Source: a virus. Taken from it: a stretch of 64,000 nt of DNA. Each line of letters opens with the position of its first letter. The first letter of the stretch is position 1. The position numbers were made by a program, and so were the translations under genes. Below, piece by piece: positions 1-10,923 of the stretch. The stretch is from positions 1 to 64,000 of IMG/VR virus record IMGVR_UViG_3300050509_000438, one strand, 5' to 3'. The notes below the pieces were generated by a model. That model made no database searches and had not been told where the DNA came from. It worked only from the letters and a program-made list of their open reading frames with translations.

Positions 1-3000
1 TTACCAGCCTTATCGATCTCAGTCGCAGATGTCTCATCAGGAAACATCAGGAACTTAATCCGGTCATCGCCCGTGAGCTTCTTTTTGTCAGCTATCTCCA
101 TGGCCCTGGCAAGTTCCGATGCCCGCCGGAAAGGCTTATCCCCGAAGTTCAGTAGCCGGAACATACCCTCCGCCGGGAATCCCAGTGTACCCTCGATTGC
201 ATCGTTGATCTTCTGGCTAAGCTCCCTGTCAGAATCACTCCAGCGCTTCACCGCGGCCACCGGGTCAAAGCCGGACTGTATCTCACGCAGGTCTTTGTCG
301 CTGGTGAGCTGACCTTCCTTGAGCTGCTTCCAGCCTTCAATGGCGCCATCCCAGACACCCGGCGCGAAGCCCTTCTGCAAGGCCACCAGATCGATCGTTG
401 GATCCTTGTAAGACCTATCCAGCAAGTCCATCTTGGCGAGCCCTGAGACGCTACGATCTACCAGTGAGCCCACACCGGTGGACAGGAACCTGAGTGGTTG
501 CAGCGCCGCGTTGGAATACACGTTGGTCACAATAGAAAGCGGTGTGAGCAGGTTGCCCTGCATGATGGTGATAAGTGTATCCCATACGTTTGACGGCTTG
601 CGGGCGAACTCCTGAAGCTCTTTATTGGCCTTCCGGGCCTGATCCATCAAGGTCTTGTATTTGGCGATGTTCTGGCGCAGGTCTTCCCCGGAAGAGTTTT
701 TTACGACTTCTGAGAATTTTTCGGTCTCTCCGATTACCTTGGCCAGCTCACGTATGCGGGTGCGATCCTCCTCACTGAACTCCGTTGCCCCAAGCTGCTT
801 GGCATAGATCTGCTCGAAGCGATCATCGCTGATCTGCCCGTTCTTATTATACTCATCGACAAGCTGCTCGATGAATTGCTTCTTCTTCTTGCCCTTCAGA
901 CGAGGCGTTGTAACAGCGTCGGCGTCTATATTGTTCGAAGTGATCTTCTTGCCTGGGATCAGTGGCGTGATTCCACGTGAAACAATACCGCGATACTCAT
1001 TCTCATCGAAATCTCCCTTGTGATTAGCTCGAATGTAGTCGAGCCCTGCTTGGATAGCATTGGCCACATCTGCCCCGGTGAGCACTGCTCTCTTTACCGC
1101 TTCCATAGAACCATTCCATATAGCAGCGCCCAGCACACGGATCACATCATTGGCTGTGCCGCCAACATCCTCGATCTTGAAAGAATCGAAGGCATCGGAG
1201 ATCTTCTGCTTCTGCTCCTTGGTGATGAGCCTGGCGCGCTTCATGCGCTCTTCCACGGTCTCCTGAACCTTTTGTTCAACCAGGCGCCGGACCTGCTCAT
1301 CGAACTGCTCTTTGGACTGTGTGACCTGCTGCTGGATGGGCTCGATCATCTTCTGTGCTGTAGCCTGGTTCTCCTTCTCAAGAGCCAGCACCATGAGGTC
1401 TTCATCAGCCGTGATCGCCTTCCAAATCTTATTGGCATTCACGGCACGACCGGCTTCCTTTGCCTGGTTGGCCCCGAATAGAGCGATATCAACAGCTTTG
1501 TTCTGCAGGCTTTCCTTCTGCGCCTGGTCCGTGGTGGCATCAGCGTCGTTCTTGTAGCGCTCATAAAGGCGCGCGGCCATCGCGGTGCGGGTATCCTGCG
1601 TTAGGTCGTTCTTGGTATCCCGGATGACCGTTTCTGACTTCTCGTTGCCGTAGAGGTCGAGCAGGTCATTGGCCTCCTGGTCGGTAACTTCCAAGCGCTT
1701 CGGGATGTAGTCTGCACCTTTCTCGCGAATACCACGCTTGATGGCTTCAGACGCATCACTCTCGAGGATGCGCTGCGCAATCTTGAGTGTGCGCGGGCTG
1801 GAAGGTTGCTGGGCTTGTGTTGTCTCAGAAGGCGCAAGCGGTTCGCCTCCCACAGGTTCTGATCCTGGTTGTGTGGATTCTCCAGCAACCACAGGTGCAG
1901 ATTGCTGCCCTTCTTGACCTCCATCGTTGCCGGGAGGTTGTTCTTCACTTCCTTGAATATTACTTCCATACGAATAAGTCCCCGACTCAGGACCGGTTAT
2001 TTCTTCCTGTTTTTGAAGTACTCCACCTGTTTGAGTCTCTTGATCGCCTGTTCCTTGCTCAGGTTCGGTTTGGATAGGTTCTTGCCCTTCTCGCTGGTCA
2101 CCTTGTACCCCTTGTTGGTCTTGACTATCATCTGGTGTTACTGTTTTGGTTTTCTCTTGAACCGGAAGTGCTTCTTGCGCTTGATCTTCTGAAACTGCTC
2201 CTTCTTGTGGAGTTTCTCGAGTTGGTGTGGCTTGTGCTTCTTGGTCATCGGTTGCAGGAGGGGTAAATGTATCGACGCCGGCATCGCCGGATTGTTCCAC
2301 TTTAGCCTGGATGGTCTCAGCGGCCGCTTCCAAGTCTGGATTTTTGACTTCTTCCTGGATCACCTGGGAGGTTGTCTTGGCCTGCTGATCCGGGGATAAC
2401 TTTACAGTCGAGGCCCCACCAATAAGACCACCACCGATCAATCCCCCGGCGGCGCCGGTAGCAATACGCCATGCATCCAGACTGTAGTCTACCTCGGCAC
2501 CTTTGGCTGCAGCAAATTCTTCGATCTCTCCCTGGGCAGCTTCCGTTAGCGCTTCCGGCACTCCACCTTTTACAAACCCTTTAGCGAACTCCTTGACAGC
2601 ATTCTTAGTAAGCTCCTTCGCAACGGCCTTCCGGAATAACCCTATAAGATTTATAGAGCTTATAGCGTCCAGTTCCCCAGCGAGCACAGCCAGCGCCTGA
2701 CCTTCAGCAGGCTTGTCGAGTCCCTTCTTGATAACTTCCTGACGGGAAATTCCTTCCTTTTCAGCGATCAGATCGATCTGCCGGTCATACACAGCGGAAG
2801 ACTCGGAGACGATCGAGCCTACACCCCCGGAAAGAACAGATGTCGGTGCCCGGTACAAAGCTTGTCCGAGCATGTTGCCAGCGAAGTTCAGGAATGATGA
2901 GGCTCCGTCAACATCTTTGAGGTTTTGAACTACGCCAGCGGTACGCTGTGCTGCTTCCTTATTCTGTTGCTGGACTTCTTCTTCAAATCCTTCGCGATCC

Positions 3001-3665
3001 TGGGCATTTGACTGCTGGAATGCGGCCTTCATGCGCTCATACCCATCGTCGCCAAGCTTCTCTGTAAGGAATGCCTGTGCACGCTCATCGTAACTTTTAC
3101 CGAGAACTTTGTCACGGTTTTGGTTACTCCATCTGGAGAACTCATCCCGTGAAATCCCGGCTGGCAACTTATCGCCAAAAGCATTCAGGTTGCTGCGCGG
3201 ATCGAACAGATCGCCGAACGAACCCTTGCTCATGCGCAGGCGCTGAACATAATATTCCTTTGGAATTTGATCGGCAATGCCGGATTTGACGGTATTGATA
3301 AGAGCTTCTGCCGGGGTATCAAGTGCTTGTTTGGAGGTCCGGAATGTTTCAGCTACTTCCGCCGCCTTACTCTTCAAATCCAATTCCAAGCTGCCCTTTG
3401 GCACCGGCCTTGACTCGTCGAGTTTTAGGTTTGCGAGGTCTCTTTGTTGGTCTTGGCTTACCGGAACGGTATTCGCGCCAGAAGGCTCGCCAGGCTTTTC
3501 TGCAGGAATCGCAGAAGCGGCGCCAGCGGGTTCTTTTTTTTTTACAGGTTCTTCAACCACTTCGTCCTGTACAGGCGGCATCCAGGCAGTTTTGGCTGCT
3601 GGCTTCTCCTGATCGAGAACTTCGTCTTCCTCCGGAGGGGTCCAACTTTTTAAGCGCTTGCCCAT
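1..3665 (-). CDS. Large virion protein truncated by the left window edge (>=1221 aa); candidate internal core/ejection protein (T7 gp16-like by size and position)
   Basis: ATG at 3665 overlaps the upstream stop (TAATG). Hand translation gives MGKRLKSWTPPEEDEVLDQEK... The frame is still open at nt 1 (first 40 codons checked). It is absent from the ORF track only because no stop lies in the window. All listed ORFs in 73-3997 are short shadows. Confidence 0.6.
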   Translation of the reverse strand, partial: MGKRLKSWTPPEEDEVLDQEKPAAKTAWMPPVQDEVVEEPVKKKEPAGAASAIPAEKPGEPSGANTVPVSQDQQRDLANLKLDESRPVPKGSLELDLKSKAAEVAETFRTSKQALDTPAEALINTVKSGIADQIPKEYYVQRLRMSKGSFGDLFDPRSNLNAFGDKLPAGISRDEFSRWSNQNRDKVLGKSYDERAQAFLTEKLGDDGYERMKAAFQQSNAQDREGFEEEVQQQNKEAAQRTAGVVQNLKDVDGASSFLNFAGNMLGQALYRAPTSVLSGGVGSIVSESSAVYDRQIDLIAEKEGISRQEVIKKGLDKPAEGQALAVLAGELDAISSINLIGLFRKAVAKELTKNAVKEFAKGFVKGGVPEALTEAAQGEIEEFAAAKGAEVDYSLDAWRIATGAAGGLIGGGLIGGASTVKLSPDQQAKTTSQVIQEEVKNPDLEAAAETIQAKVEQSGDAGVDTFTPPATDDQEAQATPTRETPQEGAVSEDQAQEALPVQEKTKTVTPDDSQDQQGVQGDQREGQEPIQTEPEQGTGDQETQTGGVLQKQEEITGPESGTYSYGSNIQGSEEQPPGNDGGQEGQQSAPVVAGESTQPGSEPVGGEPLAPSETTQAQQPSSPRTLKIAQRILESDASEAIKRGIREKGADYIPKRLEVTDQEANDLLDLYGNEKSETVIRDTKNDLTQDTRTAMAARLYERYKNDADATTDQAQKESLQNKAVDIALFGANQAKEAGRAVNANKIWKAITADEDLMVLALEKENQATAQKMIEPIQQQVTQSKEQFDEQVRRLVEQKVQETVEERMKRARLITKEQKQKISDAFDSFKIEDVGGTANDVIRVLGAAIWNGSMEAVKRAVLTGADVANAIQAGLDYIRANHKGDFDENEYRGIVSRGITPLIPGKKITSNNIDADAVTTPRLKGKKKKQFIEQLVDEYNKNGQISDDRFEQIYAKQLGATEFSEEDRTRIRELAKVIGETEKFSEVVKNSSGEDLRQNIAKYKTLMDQARKANKELQEFARKPSNVWDTLITIMQGNLLTPLSIVTNVYSNAALQPLRFLSTGVGSLVDRSVSGLAKMDLLDRSYKDPTIDLVALQKGFAPGVWDGAIEGWKQLKEGQLTSDKDLREIQSGFDPVAAVKRWSDSDRELSQKINDAIEGTLGFPAEGMFRLLNFGDKPFRRASELARAMEIADKKKLTGDDRIKFLMFPDETSATEIDKAG

Positions 3666-5563
3666 TATTTCTTCCTGCGTTTAACTCCATCTGGTCCAAC
3701 ATACTCAGTTCCTGCTGGCAGTGCATCGTACTGTGCCTGATCAGCAACAGTGGGAACAGCAGACGCCGCCTTTTTAGCGGCCGGTTTACGTGCTGCCTTA
3801 TACCCTTGCACCACAGCTTCTTGGGCCTTCTGCCTCCAAATATCATCCACTTCCCGCATCTCTGGACTCCACTTGCTACGATCATTGAGGTTCAGCCCTT
3901 CAGTGATCGTGTTGATCTTATCCATGTCAGCCTTGTCGGCCCGGATGAGTTGATCCGTTCTGATCGCGGTGATACCATTGCGCGCGGCGGCGTTTAGGAT
4001 ATCATCATCGGTATAGTCGTCAGCGTCGGCATTGAGTCCGGCGGTGAAGTTCTGAAGCTCATAAATCTGAGACTCGATCTGGGCCGCCTTCTCGTCATTG
4101 CCTTCCGCCTTTGCTTTGGCCAATTCAGTATTCAGGTTGTAGGTGGAGCTACGGACATCGCCGAGCATTTTGCCACGGTTGAGAGAATATCCCTTCAGCG
4201 CAACCTTAAGTTCTGGATCAAGATTCACAAACTCCGACGCTGGCATCTGCTTGATCTTGTTCTTGAGATCATTCGCATCGGCTGCCTCAATAAAATACGG
4301 GCGTCCATTCTTATCGTACGCCTGTACCTGGTAACCAGTCAGGTTGAATGTTGCTGATCCGCGTGCCTGCTGGATGGTGCCGGAGTTGACATTGAATATG
4401 TTCTTTGAACTAGATTCGAAGGTTATAGGCTTACCCGCAGTGACTCCCTTATTGATCATCAGGATGCCACCCGGGGCAGCGTTCTGGTTCATCCGGTGAG
4501 CACTGGCTACACGATCGGGTATGCCTTGCGTACCAACCTGCTCATTGTAGAACGTGTCGCTGTGCGCAATCGCGTCGTTATTGTACAGGCCACCAGTCTT
4601 GGATGTATCCTTCTTGTATTCTACATCAACCTTACTCTTGATATTGGCCGCATTCTCCAGGCGAGTTTTGGCTTTGTCACGCACCCGGATACCGAAATCT
4701 TGCTTGTTGATGATGTTCTTTGAGGGATCCCGAATGAGTTCGTTCTTGATCTCGAGATCGGTCATACCCTTCATCCAGTCTGTACGAGAATCGCCGCTGC
4801 GCTTCATGGCTTGCATCTCATCCTCAAGTTCATTACCAACCTCTGCCTCCAGAAACCCTTGCACCGATCCATCAGGACGGCTTTTCAAGTATTCTACAGC
4901 ATGGCGCTCAGTGACCCCAGGCTTGCCAGTTTTGGGATCCCAGAATGGAGAACTATTGAAAATAGTGTTGGTGGCATTCGGGTTTCCGGAAGACATTGAT
5001 TTCTCCTTGGTCCCATAGCCTTTGACATAATCTGCGGTATAGTCATTAATACGGAAGGCGATAGGATTTTTACCCAAGCGGGCCTCGGCGGCCGCAAGAC
5101 GCTCTCCTCGATCGAAGAAATTTACTTCATTGTTCCGTCCATGGGTGGCCTCGCGCATTAACTCTTCATCGTATCTTGGGTCGTAGTATTTGTCATCAGT
5201 GCTACGCTTATTGATGGCTTCCACATCCTTCTGCCAGCGATCGTACTGAAGAGCGCTACTGGAAGCCAAGGTCTTGGCATCAGCAAGCTTTTTATTATAA
5301 TCTGTGGTGAATCCCTTCCCTGAACGTAGTAATTGCTTACCCTCTTCCGTAAGTGATCGCGCGAGTTCGTTTTTCAGTTTCTCATCGTTCTCAAACTTTC
5401 CCTGCGCAAGATCAACCTTGTACTGGTCGATCATTAAAGCTTCCTTCTTTTTTGCCTGTGTGATCGCTGAGAACAAGGAACCAACAGACCTCAATCCCCT
5501 CTCGATAGGAGAGTAGTCATTGAGCACCATTGGTTGCTGCTTATAAAACTCGCGGTATGCCAT
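3665..5563 (-). CDS. Virion protein, 632 aa (gp15-like position)
   Basis: Long ORF abutting both neighbours in the late operon. It sits between a 200-aa and a >1200-aa ORF. No catalytic motif recognised. Confidence 0.5.
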   Translation of the reverse strand: MAYREFYKQQPMVLNDYSPIERGLRSVGSLFSAITQAKKKEALMIDQYKVDLAQGKFENDEKLKNELARSLTEEGKQLLRSGKGFTTDYNKKLADAKTLASSSALQYDRWQKDVEAINKRSTDDKYYDPRYDEELMREATHGRNNEVNFFDRGERLAAAEARLGKNPIAFRINDYTADYVKGYGTKEKSMSSGNPNATNTIFNSSPFWDPKTGKPGVTERHAVEYLKSRPDGSVQGFLEAEVGNELEDEMQAMKRSGDSRTDWMKGMTDLEIKNELIRDPSKNIINKQDFGIRVRDKAKTRLENAANIKSKVDVEYKKDTSKTGGLYNNDAIAHSDTFYNEQVGTQGIPDRVASAHRMNQNAAPGGILMINKGVTAGKPITFESSSKNIFNVNSGTIQQARGSATFNLTGYQVQAYDKNGRPYFIEAADANDLKNKIKQMPASEFVNLDPELKVALKGYSLNRGKMLGDVRSSTYNLNTELAKAKAEGNDEKAAQIESQIYELQNFTAGLNADADDYTDDDILNAAARNGITAIRTDQLIRADKADMDKINTITEGLNLNDRSKWSPEMREVDDIWRQKAQEAVVQGYKAARKPAAKKAASAVPTVADQAQYDALPAGTEYVGPDGVKRRKK

Positions 5564-6166
5564 TTAGGAGTACCGGGTATTGGTTCCGTACATATCTTCT
5601 TCTGCTCCGAGCGTTGGTTGTGGATTGTATGTATTTCTGGCCCCTGATCCAAGCATGCTACCAGCTACAGCTCCGCCAATAGGACCTCCAAGTACATACG
5701 CTCCAGCGCTCAGAAGTCCACCGGCGATACTTCCCCATTTCGCATCACGGTTGGCTTTCTTTTCCTTCAGGTTCTGCAGATGTGCGGCCCACGGCGCGTA
5801 CACATTCTGGTTCCAGGCTTTATCCTTTTCATCGATCATAGCTTGGTTGGCACCATAGAGCTGCCCCATGTTCTGCTGCTGTATCCCGGCTTCTGTTTGA
5901 GCGAGGTCACGCAGTCCAGTGGTCTTACTGGCGTTGATAGCCGAGATGGTACTGAGTAGTGATGAGGTGCTTCCTGTTACGTTTCGTGCCTGGTTAGCGG
6001 CATCTGCAGCCTGTTGCTCAATGTTCCCTTCCTGCATCTGTACGGCACGATTACGGCCAAAAGCCTGGCTGCGCGCGAGTGCCTGGTTCTCGAATGCCTC
6101 GTCATTGATCTGGTACTTCGGCATGTTCTTGATTGCCCTGCTGATCCGAGTTTTCAATCTGCTCAT
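5564..6166 (-). CDS. Small virion protein, 200 aa, with Gly-rich hydrophobic C-terminus (gp14-like position)
   Basis: C-terminal segment WGSIAGGLLSAGAYVLGGPIGGAVAGSMLGSGA. Directly abuts the next gene (5563/5564). Confidence 0.5.
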   Translation of the reverse strand: MSRLKTRISRAIKNMPKYQINDEAFENQALARSQAFGRNRAVQMQEGNIEQQAADAANQARNVTGSTSSLLSTISAINASKTTGLRDLAQTEAGIQQQNMGQLYGANQAMIDEKDKAWNQNVYAPWAAHLQNLKEKKANRDAKWGSIAGGLLSAGAYVLGGPIGGAVAGSMLGSGARNTYNPQPTLGAEEDMYGTNTRYS

Positions 6167-6187
6167 AAGTCGAGTATTTTAACAAAT

Positions 6188-9100
6188 TTAGGGATTCTTC
6201 GGTGAATCTGCGGATTCGGCCATGGCATAGCTCATCAGCGACCTGGTCACCAGCGCCGGGTCAAGCTGCAGGAGTACCTGAATAGCCTTGCTGCGCATCA
6301 TCTGCCCTTCCACATACTGGGTTGATACGTTTGGTGTATTGGCGTCACGCGGAATCTCAGAATAGAAGTTGTCTTCCTTCTGAGTAAAATTCTCCATCTT
6401 GATCCGGGTTTCCTGCTTCATCTTCACGCCGCGATATTCACTTAGTATTCTCTCTGCCGACCACCGATCCGTAGCAATGTACCCCAATGCTTGCCACACC
6501 TTCTTCATTACAAGATCATCATTGAACACTGGCTCCCACTGCACCTCATACTTAACTCCATAAAATGTGCTGTGAGTATCACTTTGTTCATGCAGGTATA
6601 GAGAGCCATCTTTAAAAGAGACCAACTGTATGCCTACCTTTCCGAAACGCTCTGGGTTATAATTATGACACGACTTCCACCGGGTATCTTCTTCACTGAA
6701 TAGTGAACCTTTATAATTGGCATATCCACGTAATGTCGCGGGCAGATCAGCATGATCAATGTAGGTCACCAACTCTTCATTGTACGGATCGTATTCTGAT
6801 ACCACCATCGGAGGATCGTCGGTCTGATAGGCATCGATCATTAATGCCGCCAGTTCACGGAACCAGTTGCGCATCTTATAGAAAGATATCTCGGTAAGAC
6901 CATCGCGGCCATATCTCACCCAAACTCCATTGAGCACATCCCACCAGTAGATGCGCCCATGCTCCATTGAAATGCTCTCCGGATTGAGGGTGCCGTGGCT
7001 TCCAAGCAGCGTATTGTAGCTACCCAATACCTTGTTACTCAACGCCACCTGTGTACGTCCACTTAGGTCCTCAAGTGTTGTGCGGTTCACATATATGCTC
7101 CACGCTTCACGCTCTCCAATAGCCAGCAGAATGCTACCCGTGGATTCAACCTGCGCATTAGCCGTGTTGATCAGATCACGAATGCGTCCATATTCTGATG
7201 GGTAGATGAACTGGTTCTCGTCAAGGAATCGGTTGAGATTATTAATGAACGACTCTTCAACGATCTGTAATCCAAATCGAGCCTGCGTGAGCTTGAACTT
7301 GACTACAGGCAACTGCCGGTACGAAAAGTTGGGCCTTCCGTCTCCACGCTCCCACTCAGCATACGTCTCATTACGGTTTTGATTCATGGAGTTGGTTCTG
7401 ACGTTCACTGAGAGCAGTCCAGAATCATCTCTATTACGGTAGATCGTCTTATTGAAGAAACTGCAATCACCCTTGTTGAATGGATACTTGCTGAATACAG
7501 TCCCATCGCCATAAGTATCACCAGTTACTGCGGCATTGTTGGTATAGGTCCAGTCTTTCTTGCTCCAGTCGCGCTGATCGGTTCCAGGATAAAGTATGGA
7601 GAACCATTCTCCTGTTTCATAATACAGATAGTCTTCCTCTTGTGGTATCTTTGGGCTGTATACCTCAATAGTGTAATCATTCTGATTTTCAACGTAAGAA
7701 TCATTCGTGGGCAACCAGAGAACTCCTTCAGGCTTCTCGATGATCAATGACGTACCTGTGAATTCGAGAATAGGGACATCGTAAATTTGCTTTTGACTAT
7801 TATTTGGAGTAGCCACTGTACTGGCCACAAAACGGACACGGTCCCCTTCCCTGAAGTTGTAGTACAGGTTATTCATCGGGTTGTTTTGGATCTTGCCGGC
7901 ATCTTTATAACTAGAGTTATACCAGTTATTGATGTTGATCAACACCCGGCTGCAAGAAGACACTACATTGGTGGTCTGTGTATTCCTTACTTCAGGCCCT
8001 ATCTTATGATACAGCGGGTTGCTCCGGAGATATTGCTGAAGCTTTGATGTATTATACACATTGTTCTTACGACCCTCTTCAAAAAACAGCCGCACTTGAT
8101 TACTAAGACTGCCCTCTTCTTTCGCGATCTCAGCAGTAAGTTCATACCCATTGACTGTCCTGGAGTTCTCAAAGTGCTGACGCAGACGATCTTTTATATT
8201 TTGTGGTAACGATGTGGTATCAATAACCTGCGAAGGATTATCGATAAGCGGAATAAATCCATTAACCACTCCAAACATGAAGTAGTCAATGTTCAGACAA
8301 TTCGTTCTGAGTATCTGATAGGCTACTGCCCATAACGGTGGTTTAAATGAATCAGCGAACTTGAATGTCAAAGCATTCTCTGTCTCACTGATATTCTGAC
8401 TGGTGGGTATCTCGTAACTCCATTCGTCTGTTGTATACCCAGCACTGATCCATCCAGACTTATGCATGTACTGTATTGCCGCTTTGTATAATCCTCGCGA
8501 TTTGAATGACCAGTCGGATATCCCATTACGTGCAGTGATCTCAGTTTTGTGTCCTGGTGAAAGTGAAGAGAATGATGCAGCGTCTGTTGTGTTCCATACG
8601 TCGGAAGTAGTTGTAACACGAGTTTGAACGACTCCGATATTAGTAAGAATGGGCTTCTGTGCGGCCTCTTGTTCATCAAGGCAATCACCGAATACAAACC
8701 TGTTGTCAATAGCCTCGACTGTACCAGCCAGGAATGGAACAGTATCGAAGAGTTGATTGAAGTCTGCGGTAGCTACTGGTGTGCTATTGGATGGACCGCT
8801 AAACCTGACGAGTGTGTTGCCAGATTCCTGTACATCAACAGTTTTGAATATCCGCCACAAGTCAAGCTGGCTTTCACGATAAGCGTATTCAATCCCAATC
8901 ACTGCCGATGTAAACTTTACATTGTCGTGATTAAAATAATTATACTCCACTGCAGCACCAGGATCATCCAGGATAACTCCCGGTGCATACACATCGATCG
9001 CTGTGATATTATTTGTCTTCCATGAATTACCTCCAACACTGCTCGGACTCCAGCATGAACGTAGATAACCTTTGTAGATATACCGGTAAGAAAACTGATA

Positions 9101-10156
9101 CACCTTGTATTTTAGTTTCTCAAAGTTATCGGTCACCGTATCATAGTACTTGCGCAGCACTGGCGGCATCACAGGAGCCCATTTATGGAAGGAGAGGTGA
9201 AACTCTCTGAAATCAGATCCCAGATCAAAGAACAACTGCGAGATCGTATCAACATCAATAAGCCTTGGATTATTGTTCCGGTCCGTGAGAGCCATCCAGT
9301 TGTCAAGCTTAGCCATCTTGACAAAGTACTTTATACCAAAAGACCAGCCACTCCACTTGAGGATCTCGAATATTTTACCAACAGACTTATCGTAGCAACG
9401 AAGGCAATGATCTCCACCAGAGTTGTACACAGCATAGTAAACTCTCAAGAACTCTTTGTCTTCGTAACGGCCGATCACACGTTCTATCCCTGCAGGCTTT
9501 GTGCCAACCATGAATCCATTGACCCTGAAATAGTCCAGATCGAATACCGATGTAGTGGTGCCGAGCCCTTCCATCCGGACACCAACAGCATTACATCCGG
9601 CCGGTACTGTCACTTGCAGAGCCCCTGTCTCGGCAAGGTTTATGCCGAACTTATTAATACGCTGTGATGATATAACTGTGGTTCCGTTCAGGAATACAAC
9701 AGAAAGGACTACTCCATTGGAGAAGCCCGCCACGAGCGAGCACTTAAATGCTATATTAACTGTAGACTTTGTGGGTGCTACTGCCTGATAAAGTATCTGT
9801 GATGTTACCGGTGAAGTGGTGATGATAGAAATGCGGGCTTTATTGCCAGATGCAATCCACGCAGTCCCTCCGCCGGTTTGCAGCCAGGGGCTCAGTGTTG
9901 CTGTAAAATCAGGATTTTGCACCAGAGAGCCATACACGTTATAGTCTGTCACCTCTACTGTTCCTCGGATGTTCTCGAGATCACCGAAAGAATCGCTGTG
10001 GCTTGATCCGATGCGAGCATTCAGTGCGTAGCGGTAATCGCCAGTCTCAAACGCACTCCTTCCGGCATTGTCCTTCGATGGAGTGACAAGGCTGTCATCC
10101 TGGTTCATTCCGCCAGCCGGAGTCCTTACCTGTTCTCTGTTTCTGACCTCTGCCAT
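6188..10156 (-). CDS. Large tail protein, 1322 aa (nozzle/tubular-B-like or tail spike)
   Basis: Uninterrupted 3.97-kb ORF in the tail module. Start overlaps the stop of the upstream 255-aa gene. Confidence 0.5.
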   Translation of the reverse strand: MAEVRNREQVRTPAGGMNQDDSLVTPSKDNAGRSAFETGDYRYALNARIGSSHSDSFGDLENIRGTVEVTDYNVYGSLVQNPDFTATLSPWLQTGGGTAWIASGNKARISIITTSPVTSQILYQAVAPTKSTVNIAFKCSLVAGFSNGVVLSVVFLNGTTVISSQRINKFGINLAETGALQVTVPAGCNAVGVRMEGLGTTTSVFDLDYFRVNGFMVGTKPAGIERVIGRYEDKEFLRVYYAVYNSGGDHCLRCYDKSVGKIFEILKWSGWSFGIKYFVKMAKLDNWMALTDRNNNPRLIDVDTISQLFFDLGSDFREFHLSFHKWAPVMPPVLRKYYDTVTDNFEKLKYKVYQFSYRYIYKGYLRSCWSPSSVGGNSWKTNNITAIDVYAPGVILDDPGAAVEYNYFNHDNVKFTSAVIGIEYAYRESQLDLWRIFKTVDVQESGNTLVRFSGPSNSTPVATADFNQLFDTVPFLAGTVEAIDNRFVFGDCLDEQEAAQKPILTNIGVVQTRVTTTSDVWNTTDAASFSSLSPGHKTEITARNGISDWSFKSRGLYKAAIQYMHKSGWISAGYTTDEWSYEIPTSQNISETENALTFKFADSFKPPLWAVAYQILRTNCLNIDYFMFGVVNGFIPLIDNPSQVIDTTSLPQNIKDRLRQHFENSRTVNGYELTAEIAKEEGSLSNQVRLFFEEGRKNNVYNTSKLQQYLRSNPLYHKIGPEVRNTQTTNVVSSCSRVLININNWYNSSYKDAGKIQNNPMNNLYYNFREGDRVRFVASTVATPNNSQKQIYDVPILEFTGTSLIIEKPEGVLWLPTNDSYVENQNDYTIEVYSPKIPQEEDYLYYETGEWFSILYPGTDQRDWSKKDWTYTNNAAVTGDTYGDGTVFSKYPFNKGDCSFFNKTIYRNRDDSGLLSVNVRTNSMNQNRNETYAEWERGDGRPNFSYRQLPVVKFKLTQARFGLQIVEESFINNLNRFLDENQFIYPSEYGRIRDLINTANAQVESTGSILLAIGEREAWSIYVNRTTLEDLSGRTQVALSNKVLGSYNTLLGSHGTLNPESISMEHGRIYWWDVLNGVWVRYGRDGLTEISFYKMRNWFRELAALMIDAYQTDDPPMVVSEYDPYNEELVTYIDHADLPATLRGYANYKGSLFSEEDTRWKSCHNYNPERFGKVGIQLVSFKDGSLYLHEQSDTHSTFYGVKYEVQWEPVFNDDLVMKKVWQALGYIATDRWSAERILSEYRGVKMKQETRIKMENFTQKEDNFYSEIPRDANTPNVSTQYVEGQMMRSKAIQVLLQLDPALVTRSLMSYAMAESADSPKNP

Positions 10157-10923
10157 CAGATGTGAGGTGTTAATCTGATCTCTGCACGTGAGATATTGAT
10201 TACGGTCTGTGGATCAAGTGGATTGCGACGAGCACGTACTCTTTTCTCTGCCCAGTATACATCGCGTTCAGCTTGATCGATAGAATTTGCGGTAGCCTTG
10301 GGGTTGTTCTTTTTCTCATAGCGTGCTTCCATAAAGGCGAACACGTATGAGTAAAGATAAGGATGCACGATAGTCTCACCACACGGATCAAAGCCATCAG
10401 TGATGTACTCTACATACACCTGTGACAGGCTGTAGTCGTAATCCAAAAGCAGCTCTTTGCATTCTCCGGCATCGTGTATCTTCCAGTAACCTTTACTCGG
10501 AAGTCCGCCACCAATACCGAATATGCTTGAGCCATTGAAGTTGAAGAAATTATAGCCGTCGTAGTTACCGAAGTTGAGTCCGTTCGGCAGATGCTGTGAT
10601 AGAAGCCCGCGAACTGTCTGGTCTGTGGTTTGACGATTAGTGGTTTTCAGATCATCGTTCAGCCCAAGCGTTAAAACATACTGACCGAAAGGGGCGCCAA
10701 TCTTCGTATAATCCACATAGTCCTGTGGCAGTTTAGCGGTCTTACGATCTGTGACATCAAGCAGTACGGTCTTCACATCAGACCAGGAATCCAACTTGAT
10801 CTCACGCAAGCCCCGACAAGCCCACGCCAGCGCCTTCGGGAAGAAGCCGTCATGCAGATCGTTCTCGATCAGGAACTGATCTACGATCGCGGAGAGCTTG
10901 TTGAAGTCGTTGCTACTTGCCAT
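10156..10923 (-). CDS. Tail-associated structural protein, 255 aa
   Basis: ORF with 1-nt overlaps to both neighbours (translational coupling) in the tail module. Confidence 0.45.
   Translation of the reverse strand: MASSNDFNKLSAIVDQFLIENDLHDGFFPKALAWACRGLREIKLDSWSDVKTVLLDVTDRKTAKLPQDYVDYTKIGAPFGQYVLTLGLNDDLKTTNRQTTDQTVRGLLSQHLPNGLNFGNYDGYNFFNFNGSSIFGIGGGLPSKGYWKIHDAGECKELLLDYDYSLSQVYVEYITDGFDPCGETIVHPYLYSYVFAFMEARYEKKNNPKATANSIDQAERDVYWAEKRVRARRNPLDPQTVINISRAEIRLTPHI

Noticed and set aside
73-3997. Many plus-strand ORFs (e.g. 1020..1481, 3323..3997) and the minus-strand ORF 1601..1969.
   Set aside because: They are short, low-complexity, mutually overlapping shadows of the single long minus-strand ORF (1..3665), which the track omits because it lacks an in-window stop.
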